From assembly GCA_040285745.1 (NCBI GenBank), contig JAUFOR010000005.1, positions 620,001 to 684,000 on the forward strand: 64,000 bases of DNA. Reading direction: 5' to 3'. The position numbers and the translations under genes are program-made. Below the pieces are notes generated by a model. The model ran no database searches. It was not told the DNA's origin and saw only the letters and a program-made list of their open reading frames with translations. Positions 62,701-64,000 of this stretch are shown piece after piece (positions within the stretch are counted from its first letter, which is position 1; every line of letters begins with the position of its first letter). The DNA is from Barthelona sp. PCE (Eukaryota).

Positions 62701-64000
62701 AGTGATTAAACCAGTTGATACTTCAGGATGAAGAAGTAAAGCACTGGCTATCTCACCAAGCTCCATACGAAGACCATGAATCTTGACCATGAAGTCAGTT
62801 CGGCCCTTATAGTGGATGAGACCCTCGTTGTCATATCGACCAAGATCGCCTGACATATACACATACTCATTTCGTTCTTCAGTGAGTGCAAATGTTCCGA
62901 AACTTTTCTTAGTAAGATCAGGACGCTTCCAGTATCCGCTTGCAACGGCGGCACCACCGGTGTATATCTCACCGACAGCACCCTTTGGTGCGAGGTAGCC
63001 GTTCTGTACAATCCAGCAAGTGTAGTTATCAAAGCAATATCCGCATGGAACATAGGTCTCTCCCGGTTTTGTTTCGTAATATGTGGTCTCAAGACAGCAC
63101 TCCGTTGCACCGTATGTATTTACCAGCTTCGCGTTGGGGAACTTCTCGTAGAACAGGTCACGCACGTATGTAGTCAACGGTTCTCCACTGAGGAACACGT
63201 AACGCAGACCCTGGTACTTCTCCGCATCAATGGCATCAAGGAAGGCCTTAAGCATACTGGGCACAAAGTAACAAAGAGTGACATTGTGCTGTTCAAACTC
63301 TTCAAATATCTCAACCGGTTCACGGTGAGCATTGGGTTGTGTCATATGGAGAACAGCGCCACACAAGAGTGGCACGATATACTCCCATACACTCGGGTCA
63401 AACGTCAACGTTGTCTTTAGAGCAATGACGTCCGCAGCGGAAGCTTTTGTGTACTCCAACTGCCAAATCATACGGTTCATAACGGCATCGTTTGTTGTTG
63501 GGATACCTTTTGGCGTACCAGTCGAACCTGAAGTGAACACAATGTAACAGCGATCGTCGAACGAAACTGTCCAATCGAAGCTCACCTTCTGATCTAAATA
63601 ATCGCTTGTGGACACTAAATCCACGTCCAACACGTGGCAACCGGACTCGCCAATGATGTCGGGTAAACGATCCCTCAAGATATCGTCGTCCACAATCAGC
63701 ACCGACATGTCAACATCTTTAACTAAGAAATTGATACGGTCGGTTGGGAAAGACGGCTCCATGGGAACATAGAGAGCACCTAGCTTGAAACATGCCAGAA
63801 TAGCAAACATCATCTCTGGTCTACGCAGAATGCAAATACCCACTGCATCACCCTTTGTCACATTGTGCTCTAAAAGGTATGCACACATTGCGTCTGTCTC
63901 GGCAAACAGCTCGCGGTACGACCATGAACTTTCTCCGAACGTCAGTGCGCAATCATCGAGATGCTGGTTACCATAAGAGAAAATGTGCTCGAATATTGTT
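35722..64000 (-). CDS. Giant multimodular non-ribosomal peptide synthetase, 5'-truncated by the window (at least 8 modules, 3 epimerases, terminal thioesterase)
   Basis: The frame stays open from 63888 to 64000 (TIFEHIFSYGNQHLDDCALTFGESSWSYRELFAETDA), so the start is outside the window. Eight A3 motifs TSG(S/T)(T/S)GxPKG near 63520, 60300, 57115, 53915, 49530, 45100, 42000 and 37755. Eight carrier-protein Ser codons at 62311, 59122, 55912, 52753, 48337, 43957, 40828 and 36613. Seven C-domain (H)HxxxD motifs, three E domains (HHxxxDxVSW, ExHGR, VG(W/F)FT), TE GYSYG (Ser codon 36211). Confidence 0.98.
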   Translation of the reverse strand, partial: TIFEHIFSYGNQHLDDCALTFGESSWSYRELFAETDAMCAYLLEHNVTKGDAVGICILRRPEMMFAILACFKLGALYVPMEPSFPTDRINFLVKDVDMSVLIVDDDILRDRLPDIIGESGCHVLDVDLVSTSDYLDQKVSFDWTVSFDDRCYIVFTSGSTGTPKGIPTTNDAVMNRMIWQLEYTKASAADVIALKTTLTFDPSVWEYIVPLLCGAVLHMTQPNAHREPVEIFEEFEQHNVTLCYFVPSMLKAFLDAIDAEKYQGLRYVFLSGEPLTTYVRDLFYEKFPNAKLVNTYGATECCLETTYYETKPGETYVPCGYCFDNYTCWIVQNGYLAPKGAVGEIYTGGAAVASGYWKRPDLTKKSFGTFALTEERNEYVYMSGDLGRYDNEGLIHYKGRTDFMVKIHGLRMELGEIASALLLHPEVSTGLITVVKDKSGDNYLCAYVVPREHEYSHLTESDELVVLHNTEYVQNIRQFMLTKLPLTMVPARYIVVSHFNKTTSGKVNRKTLPKPSVAQTVSVSNYVEPTTEIEKLICRVFEEVLGVDTVGIRDSFFDLGGHSLVATQVIARLSQELNQKIKVSHIFVNPTPETLSQSISSLTSVMNRASVSSFEKHNKASYELSFAQQRLWLVCKLIDASSLYNMHVEFIVDDMLDIDRIRNAIYDIAHDQHSLRTVFVDDMGVVAQKIVDVDSDCFVYETSTLESKIIAQKWAQEASEHNFSFHRPMFYCKVAHCDDGKTAIVVNMHHIISDGWSVGLFFDELAVRYAGGKVREPVFQYTDFSVNQRVTLSRSVVESQLQFWLKHLEGSSALHTVFSDHPRPDKSRFVGASHSFEFGSDIVEGVKSLCHNKGVTTYMALFSAFSATLLHFSDGDEVVIGCPVAGRRITEIEDLIGFFINTLPVRVTKDVVHMDAFIATVKETLLSAFDNQDVPFEQIVEKLQMPRLANANPIFQITFNMLNMRQKLPEFDGIPVSELETEQKAAKFDLSVTVLETDGSFEFSIDYDVDMFSKDTIEIISSVYEHITRQFIEKNLADIKFENLSSATPAVIETEIMQFNKKNREPSTSYLDYATVHARSMVFSEPDAVAVVDCETNETLSYRQLFSTVDRMSTYLRDECGVTRGSYVLLSSDRVLMAPAVIYAIIRLGAVYVPIPVDIPVDRAQFIAGDAGVSLVIVETMRDDTREALAGEYDIITLDKLVSDSEHYSPAPATELDLAQHNDIMYIIYTSGTTGVPKGCVIRHRNLLALMEMDDLVSLGEGDSIVCASTLAFDAHMIEIHVGLANGCTVHLVPKVMVLDLKKYANILIRVRPKWGFMTTALFNAVAKMHPAALKAFDTLSTGGEAMSKATVCAVLESDNAPRVLMNVYGPTEATVYSSWYNITKHTVTDRSVPIGQHMPNCSLYVVNPSTYEPVAQGVVGVLMIGGAHTGVGYVNRPDLTEKSFIDWKPTATFTDRVYNSGDFVRRLPNGFIEFVGRRDHQVKIRGFRIEPTAIDNVVMTHPNVSGAITTVVIKSGEKRLALYVTLKKPDSDFLPSLYAHCIKALPKFMIPTYLTVMEKFPQTVTIKIDRKRLPEPTSSNLFVSQNDIVEPTNQTEEEIHDIFCELLKLEKLSCVESFFSLGGHSLLAVQVVARIRKVFSVEVSLSSFFDKPSVVALAEYVGAANKQHKSTRNISHKERIEAPLSFAQLRSWILGQLLDTSALYNMGSIYRVDGELNIKAMREALDLLYERHEVLRIRTESRGSQPVQVLGGVAAFPLTLYDARTSDEARDIVSEYFQQDFDIVNGPVVGVALIPLTDTGRKSHVLALCMHHICSDGWSMDILLRDLSSLYNAALAHKTASLPQLPVTYFDYAVWQREFLTGAELDRQLAFWRGELRGKDTPLQLPFDNPRPLQLTYTGHTFHTTVDTAVYEKCIELTKTLGCTVYHLLLSVFGILLHRYTNQEYVNIGTPIANRHSSDVENLVGFFVNTIVIALDFDESASIDSFVKYVYKKCISAYEHQDIPFEKLVDHLSVARQANLNPVFQTMFNLVSSDEEVFDINGCTVEDFMPEVPLAKFDLSLIAHEDRSARTVTFEWEYSTELFEKGTIERMSENFHFLLDNMLSNTAQTVLDVEIIHPQQRQHILHGLNGCRKYIPDHKCVHELIEDRVSMHPDRVAVVSYDGTSMTYGELNAAANRVAHFLRDQGAGPESIIGLAVDRSIMLIICLWGIIKAGAAYLPLDPTYPDDRIQYYIEHSGLSVIISETSLLSRFTSFTFDGQLLDYNSVDFAKYPTENPVNLTGPNSLIYVMYTSGSTGKPKGICIIHRGTVNRLLWMAQFFKDDGSDRVVQKSPFSFDVSVWEVFATAVHGAQLWLMPPGKHNDVTEITKFLANNSITICGLVGSLLSVWLDYTDGNTFPHLRYVFNEGEALPITADRRFMRMFPHVSLWNIYGPTETSIDTAVYECTLDLDYAAPPIGQAMHNCTVYALDKLNRIVPLGVAGELHIGGIGVGRGYYLRPDLTDDKFVHDPFAEELGLPERFGSRMYRTGDLGRFRFDSQLEFIGRLDFQVKIRGHRIELGEIENVLSGLDFTESCVVVARKDDGDLKLVGYIVPSDGIIDGDVAIARKKLARDVCSEELPKYCVPSAIVLLDRIPRTPNDKVDRKALPAPSMQVSSMEIVAPKSALEAQMVDTWKELLSLPSVSTVDNFFDVGGHSLLATQLASRIKSIFNIQIPLHQLFGSLTIVSLCKMISERLAQEQTVSFKPLKKTVNLDMSVDYVEVPLSFAQQRLYFIDQLEGSSAMYNVPILFNINGSINIEALRCALNGLVTRHRILVTTYHEDINGAIVQRIPTGEVFAPFNYLMTTDDIIEKANDEVMTVFDLETGPVFRVTLIQRMGKDEHMLLLNAHHICTDGWSMSLMTKELQTMYNAAVRSETPELPVIEAQYCDFALWQKDYLKSVMDKQVAFWRERLSGVQDLSLVLPYDRSRPETLMYDGKFYNFEIPNVVAGLESVTKTQGCTMFMLVLTVYQLLLYRYSCSDSVVVGVSIANRHFEAIESLIGLFVNSLPIRADFDSSMTVLDVLHATRLNLLEAYDNQDVPFEKLLDELDVPRRLNQNPIFQTMFDFMIIDDAELDFVSLDVDSSDFSFDKAKFDLALVGKADSDTDSLWIQFEYCTELFDESTIVRLCDSFEAIIRSVIDSVATPIIQLPLGRSETELLETIEGEHDSVKHDKLFHELVLDTCRTHPDVTAFVYKEETYTYAEFEIAISKVACAIASTDPGTFVGVAVERGVAAPIGAFGVLAGGRAYCPIDIKLPQNRVDHMLKLGGIRVVVCSRSQVGRFKECKCLVVEDILASSPVELPTLSHVTHDSPAYVIFTSGSTGLPKGVSISHNAVVNAALAWKTAYELEPHMRHLQMASFSFDVCTGDFCRALTTGGTMYILDRDVLLMPDQLAAYIIENSINVAEFVPAVMRVLYEYCHETDTRLPSFKLLACGSDFWSEREFVTFNWLIPNGVMINSYGLTEATIDTTFFKGVIENPTSSGVPIGVPFANQSVLILNQNMQRCPVGVQGEIFIGGSGVALEYVNQPDLTAKRFVTVDGHRVYRTGDGGRWRSDGNCVLSGRMDNQVKIRGYRVELGEIEAVLMNEPEVDTAVVLLNNDSLIAYLTVTPDMELYVRDLNNSVTKKLPHYMIPTGYVCVLEFPLTHNGKVDRKALVASENVPVLVNSDFVAPKTDVQRALHGVWARVLQVGETAFGITDNFFRIGGDSILCIQIVSGCRRQGITISVRDIFKYPTIEQLADHARLEVKTEKKIFTGEIVMSNIMKQYLSRTHDNINHYNLGVVLNVDGYSTEKIKAAFEKVILSQPLLRSVFVDSKCFALPMSPSTVDHIDLNAGCDISTEVTRLGEQMHQKIAIDKCNVCATHLTTPGASLLLIVAHHLVIDGVSWRIVADSLKYHLEDPAAPIDYDSAFNEYMAVVNEEIGERTAQYTDCSYADARREEFELDESISKRIVDVANETDRINVEEILLGALTLALVDMKHSTAMNIESHGRFDRLTSAADVSNTVGWFTHQFTLDPQESSVISVDQPLDALRAIKDMRRNAGDGIYVKDQPAVVSFNYLGQFNSSVSNTGLCDMCDYSLGAYVDDRNFMEFAIDFNASLSDGILSASLASSDSYSNQFVSDLITKFKLYVSLLVTSIDIVHFYTPSDFDGLVTSEFIASNMHLVSKLESVSALSTMQMGMYFASLTAQDSDLSDYYVEQPLFKLDVNTPESLVHQAFDLLVERHPILRSYLARTTDFSVNMITIKPEEANVVWIHEEMRAYSDDDVQNIVEADAIRGFDLFNAPPVRVYWLASPECVVLLFSHHHILLDAWGTAVLFDDFLHILNTLKSEQVVAPIKTASASYLEYVKYIKALDSSAAKTFFKDMLADYSMPSALRFGHVFGFGEGYGYKKIEMSREVGIALEAMARSYQVTIATLIQVIFASVLSVYQSTETLSLGTTVSGRAIDLNVDDTVGLFINTLPILFDLRRTRTLEEVCTSVQALMVEINAHSHVSLSEIQKWVNMPGKQLFDTLIVVENINSIEGSEDIEVPYNMRSFEVEEGTGKTDYPLTIAVYPENNSVQFGFRKELLSRAFIDQFVEHCESVVNRVVENPSLTIAEMLETPESQHRRYVEQFNANVCEYPANGVDAVFGKIAADHKNLIAVIDSATKERVTYEELHARSNAMAHSLRAHGLKCNDVVAFAVDRSLSLIVLMLAIVKAGGVYLPIIDSYPMDRVEFMLEDTQAVFAIATSNKFGLFPETCTVHDLSVIQSDAENHSDRCIHCLSKMTADDPVCIFYTSGSTGKPKGVLLPHRGIVRLTQNTNWTTIETHDVFAQCSTVAFDAATLEIWTTLLNGATLVIIPKQVVLDPSLFDETLSRYNVTHVFLTTAIFNRHCIDESVTHFSKLKYIMFGGEKADSSAIRSCMLNFAPQHVVNLYGPSETTTLATFHEITEVPNVYDVIPIGRPVMNSTCYIMRQGTTELCPIGVPGELVTGGDGVALRYINAPELTANKFIPDTLKPLRNNTLYRTGDIALMRPDGIIEFVGRVDDQVKIRGFRIELGEIERALVAHGSVSNAFVTVRKTKLSQQRILAYLVPVITIYEEEAESVLSDIRDFISNLLPNYMLPSALCFVTEFPLTSNGKVDIKALPDMSSLETSVTPNFRPPVTQMEMRMADVWSAVLQKPSIGLFDNFFTLGGDSILAIQLVAGLKREGFNVKVNDVFSHPTIDSLLRICETLPTSDTVAISQARIVGNVQLLPAQRWFFAREFLNTNHFNQAFVLTVPHDCTYEDYKKCLITVFNAHDAFRALFSNEIVPRQRFMNELKIDFELADAVSPKDLQDFFNEKGTELQSSLNITSGPIIRTCFCGSHAILAIHHLIIDLVSWRILLDDLNDVFAHRHEVEHELPLKTHSVADYVDALTAFVESVGHKFVHYYESIPPFRLPSKHPDLLTVGTEAEVVSIQLSSEKTQQLLDVDVKLETLLLTSLYMALRKYCDSNSVIIGLESHGREEFLGIDLSRTVGWFTSIYPVHFKVGDISDLRIICAIIGAQKRASPMNGLPYLPLSFFSNDIEFESPSILFNYMGVMGNSGAKSETSSFGFSDYTAGLDVSLDNQMLADLLCNAVVMNGRLSVDFAFSEVKLDVNVMQRVLDDMQECLFSLCDVFAVSEPHKTPDLDLTILSTNQQYNLLSKINESVEAVLPLIPIQQRMLFHSNISDSRDYVIQSVYEISHVIDHEVFRKAVAHIMSLSEVLRCRFIDINGVGHMVVTPADAVTVPVHYVDDVFASKPSAMDRVASSLSFDICFSDEHLLFTFHHIVLDGHSLSLLMSCLLEAYEAIAAGETPSSDVVSYRTLAKHVYSYVHAINEKAAADFWKKQIANAQSSILEQWLTPQELTSIVPSHDSVYFTVDSTLTERLKTTCSHIGVTMNSLVLSVWSIVLSSILRQNDITVGIVSSGRNAFNDAERVLSIMINTVPFIVSVSSGTLETLAETVHKLMGQISEYSMYDVDTAAQSSSSELYNSLYVFENFASFDADADSSKLSFAPVDVHEVSEYPLSCIVQPRADDMVIELSYKNTFYTKSQIDAMGTMINAVLTHFAKNAAMHIFDIDLFSLSHTLAPEPSFNEEPELDIASSVIKYAAEHPQKPMLLFPNSTVSYMDVAIIALEVASQISNSVSFDFKHIAVVSERGLAQIVGIIVAGLLQKPYLPLHPKIGAERIHYMVEDSNAPVIITDGSFTDMYEHTFIPSIEMLSYSNAVLDVGSLPAFDDRHLYTIYTSGTSGKPKGVQVSSSCMLNLVHNKCIAVEEDSIVSLSVNPSFDPAAMEVFSTMFHKGVFAVFTDKHLVESTALRALVQRTGLKYWFSVTAVIAHLASENAACFHGIKRIMVGGEALKQSAVRDVFSKTYDGVLVNAYGPTENTVVSTARVYSRDDVDADITIGTPFTGVDYDITDHNQRFIPKVLPGELLLHGHQIAIGYLNREALTASQFPVINDCKCYRSGDLVCMVDSGEIKFMGRIDDQVKIRGYRIELDEISVVLSKGLNVDVEVLVHDLGKDTAALVAFIQSVNGDITPSKVNMVLKASMLPEYMHPQHNVFVKSMPLTLNGKIDRKKLMQQFTLKTDAVVSPRTLAEQLVVKGVASVLRRPEEEISVNANFFQLGGQSLLLARLKAVLSEHATLSLSDLFSAKSLSDIALLLNSSDSVTVFPVRVAKRDVYPITRGQQRMLFVCDLVGDTKQYHTYFTRRFTPCIDLDQLLVAFEKTINHFEPLRSVFTRDNKGMRVLSTAKYSVYKATSLDDLYAFSCHKSFVLDQSLVRLGYFVNDDGTISFVMTIFHGVVDGVSIEIIEKCLEFFYLNPKKSSIDLVSSSVTFKDYAVFQREVLEDTTSPSLDKWVELLKESEPVDMSTLPRPVELDYHSSTVQVVIGQDIDGGLNVLPRLRTLAKQHQISMFQLLLSLFGAFIQRCSSVEKLIVGVPSAGRDFVQIQDTVGYFVETIPVAFVHDAESDINAYIDQAGIALALARSAAVPIEAIIETVVEDRELNRNPLFQVFFAHEFNEQTSLITNEWDDLIVDDLSDSFMPDATKFDLSVTAVESEKEIVFVAEYMTSLFEPQSIQEIMNAFVLFIHVVGNNPTTCIDRVPMVEYDVLEPMTFVSAPEHDLGRDGITVSHLMLDVIRSQPEKIALTDHIGQSLTYIELFNRAMGIAKAVDIQKGEVIGVCFERSLDLMASLWAIVLSGAAYLPLDPSYPVDRLSYFVQHSKTMKVLCNTESANIASNFEAEIVDVSAINPIVIDPEQYITSASVNDIMYIIYTSGSTGTPKGVAIEHRSAVNRLLWMRDLTYTADDRFIQKTPYSFDVSVWELFVPFVLGAELHLLKPGAQNNPWEIADFVNERRVTIMHFVASMLGAFLDVLSVKLPSLRIVVQSGEALPLVMCDQFFEKVDDCRLLNLYGPTETTIDSSWYECTPGMRSNPPIGIPVANNQLLVLNKAMQLCPIGVPGELHIGGIALARGYYNAPDLTRARFVPNPFAAGRLYKTGDLVRWRADGNVEYLGRIDHQVKIRGNRIELGEIEQVLSGVIGDSVIVVPVKKPSDIVIVAYFQKAGNYHELCAKMTAEAGNNLPGYMRPADYVFLDEIPLTSSGKANRKQISSFKFYMLHTQLNQEEEVYDVSRLTVKQRSVYDVFCSVLHLTTLDPNVSFFKLGGDSISAIQLISKMRDLGFTLTLKDIFGHPSVIGLAEVVALSMAAEVSLLSYDGSNVPVSHAVQFIFDQNFMYPGHFFQSMYVQCTLTDEALNTRLVRMVDAHTSFRCRFDVKLHKICITPDDVSTLFKIHHVESSKAAEAALIAVGEELDVLHDPLFHIFRFEDAALFAIHHFIVDFVSWSRILGDLKSSTVVQTDMAAANAALMDMNASQHIDLWQRIDYDMLPLQTKPFGSYMNATFKTSLAVPLDNSHEILFAVIAHTFGRMFSLRNVGLTLEQHGRETCTHILDTVGFFTAFFPVAAFMTEDISEFIRTFRRSLSQNPSTYGTLIQSKKLHKRKLPQFCVNYLGDIGSQSEDNTKTTDFDVLGYGDSDFHPQNNFPFLININMSRSNGTYQLVIDYSPDLADEMAEFETELSATIGRITQATDVVIERDYGVQQEELEYVREHKDTSHIEDIYTPTAIQQGILLPVFINRESQNYLESRVFEINHDVDCVEKALSKLIDANPALRTEFLFMDTGIIGLINMPSAPMDVIYVIPNDGHEVEEIVTQCRNSFSRTVDHTMVASRFTVFAKTESTTCVVWTHHHSIVDGSSVELIVSMFEAILDGEDVPVSERFSTIARGLPDNLGWWLSHLPKELGNHRLKHLTRPTSSHDTILTLDNSDQLRKMAYEHNVTANTLIMAIWLITLKRLVPDQPAVFGLTVSGRQNQSLVNVVGPLFNTLPIFMPDSWLNLPIDQLLINLNTEVLGAAQHSNFSLSSLLAGRRELFTTMIAFDSIGIISGTPEDSSEDDTHIDQLAAMDLTEYPLAISAGTSNQFMLRFSVNDDPQSRAMLNNIMSEVAIVAQRMLLESTSGDLIKRQIDIPHTIWTGPTVSEAMQAILDRFVSLSQNETLVTVSEMRNDVLTMSSITVGDFLLFTKRLLSLLSQSTNTVIGIFMHKSVYAPAVVLACWLSARSFVPIDASLPSDRVEHMVTTGQCTMVVDLTDARTEFSVPVVTIGDINEHAAIDISATDAQLSQPAYTVFTSGSSGKPKGVCIGFGSVLNVAAAWKDLFDFGTEERLLQMASPSFDVFVGDMIRFLFFGTHAHLVDRSILLHPQRLLQIIMSSKFTFAEFVPVVLRSLVDEMSLKDRLSIRNIACGSDSWSMSDFRIFDSAIDGTLYNTYGVTEAAVDTTAFTNDMSVATDVLPIGKPLNNMHCVVVDPNLRPVPVGVTGELLIGGLGVALGYAGQPELTAERFININGHRFYRTGDAVERLPDGNILFVGRLDNQVKIRGYRVELLEIEAIITECLSTNAIVIYEHDVLAAFIEIDELSSTQILTLQRTLDQKLPKYMIPSSFTPVLKLPTTHNGKLDRKSESLSRQVSKNDLEGNVIHTTEEVIVAQCFSELLAIPLSAISHDSDFYSLGGHSLLIIKLVSELKKHGITLSFKEVMDKPVLSYLASNLKLTSDDQAGFMVASHASSSDSLISDTRVNMVLFYSGNGTAVEYLQLFERTPFNVIAVSNPNFGSNEPETMDDNLQFLAGVFNALYQANPNCRFAIGGYSYGALSVHELITKQYVNSSTLEFVVLFDPVHPLVEFDHVPSLEDSQASVTHLHGVMDFEDIENKWYHDLANEMYFNDMKCHLYERSTGFSDSIQYHIPTLLVVCDIVLESDYVTVRSAKHPTNGFDIDENTVQVVRMDCLHNSLFMPENVEQFSSAVAAMKSD

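Noticed and set aside
63886-63888. ORF-track start codon of the NRPS
   Set aside because: It lies inside an A domain, downstream of the A1 motif SYREL; the frame is open to the window end, so the true start and module count are unknown.
1-64000. Interpretation as a prokaryotic or viral contig; tRNA, rRNA, CRISPR or IS elements
   Set aside because: eL34, SSRP1, the USP and the probable GT-AG intron indicate a eukaryotic nuclear genome. I saw no tRNA, rRNA, CRISPR repeat-spacer or transposase patterns by eye.

Overview
Gene-dense, almost intron-free eukaryotic (protist-like) DNA with short intergenic spacers and AATAAA-type signals next to the stop codons. The left 35.7 kb carries host-type genes: an RRM protein (partial, missed by the ORF track), a USP7/USP47-like deubiquitinase with one probable 67-nt GT-AG intron, three large surface/membrane proteins, the FACT subunit SSRP1/Pob3, ribosomal protein eL34, a TMEM151-like protein, a 2132-aa repeat/multi-TM protein with a recent 522-bp internal duplication, and two paralogous beta-propeller/coiled-coil/kinase/HECT-like fusion proteins. 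The right 28.3 kb is one uninterrupted minus-strand ORF (>9,400 codons, still open at the window end) encoding a bacterial-style multimodular non-ribosomal peptide synthetase. Its visible order is A-T-C-A-T-C-A-T-C-A-T-E-C-A-T-E-C-A-T-C-A-T-E-C-A-T-TE (8 modules, 3 epimerases, terminal thioesterase). Its stop codon lies 34 bp from that of the convergent 2132-aa gene. Hand-read specificity codes suggest a D-amino-acid-containing, Orn-rich cationic peptide, and one adenylation core sits in a sharply GC-rich patch suggestive of a domain swap. All calls come from motif reading by eye; no database searches were run and the organism cannot be identified from this window.
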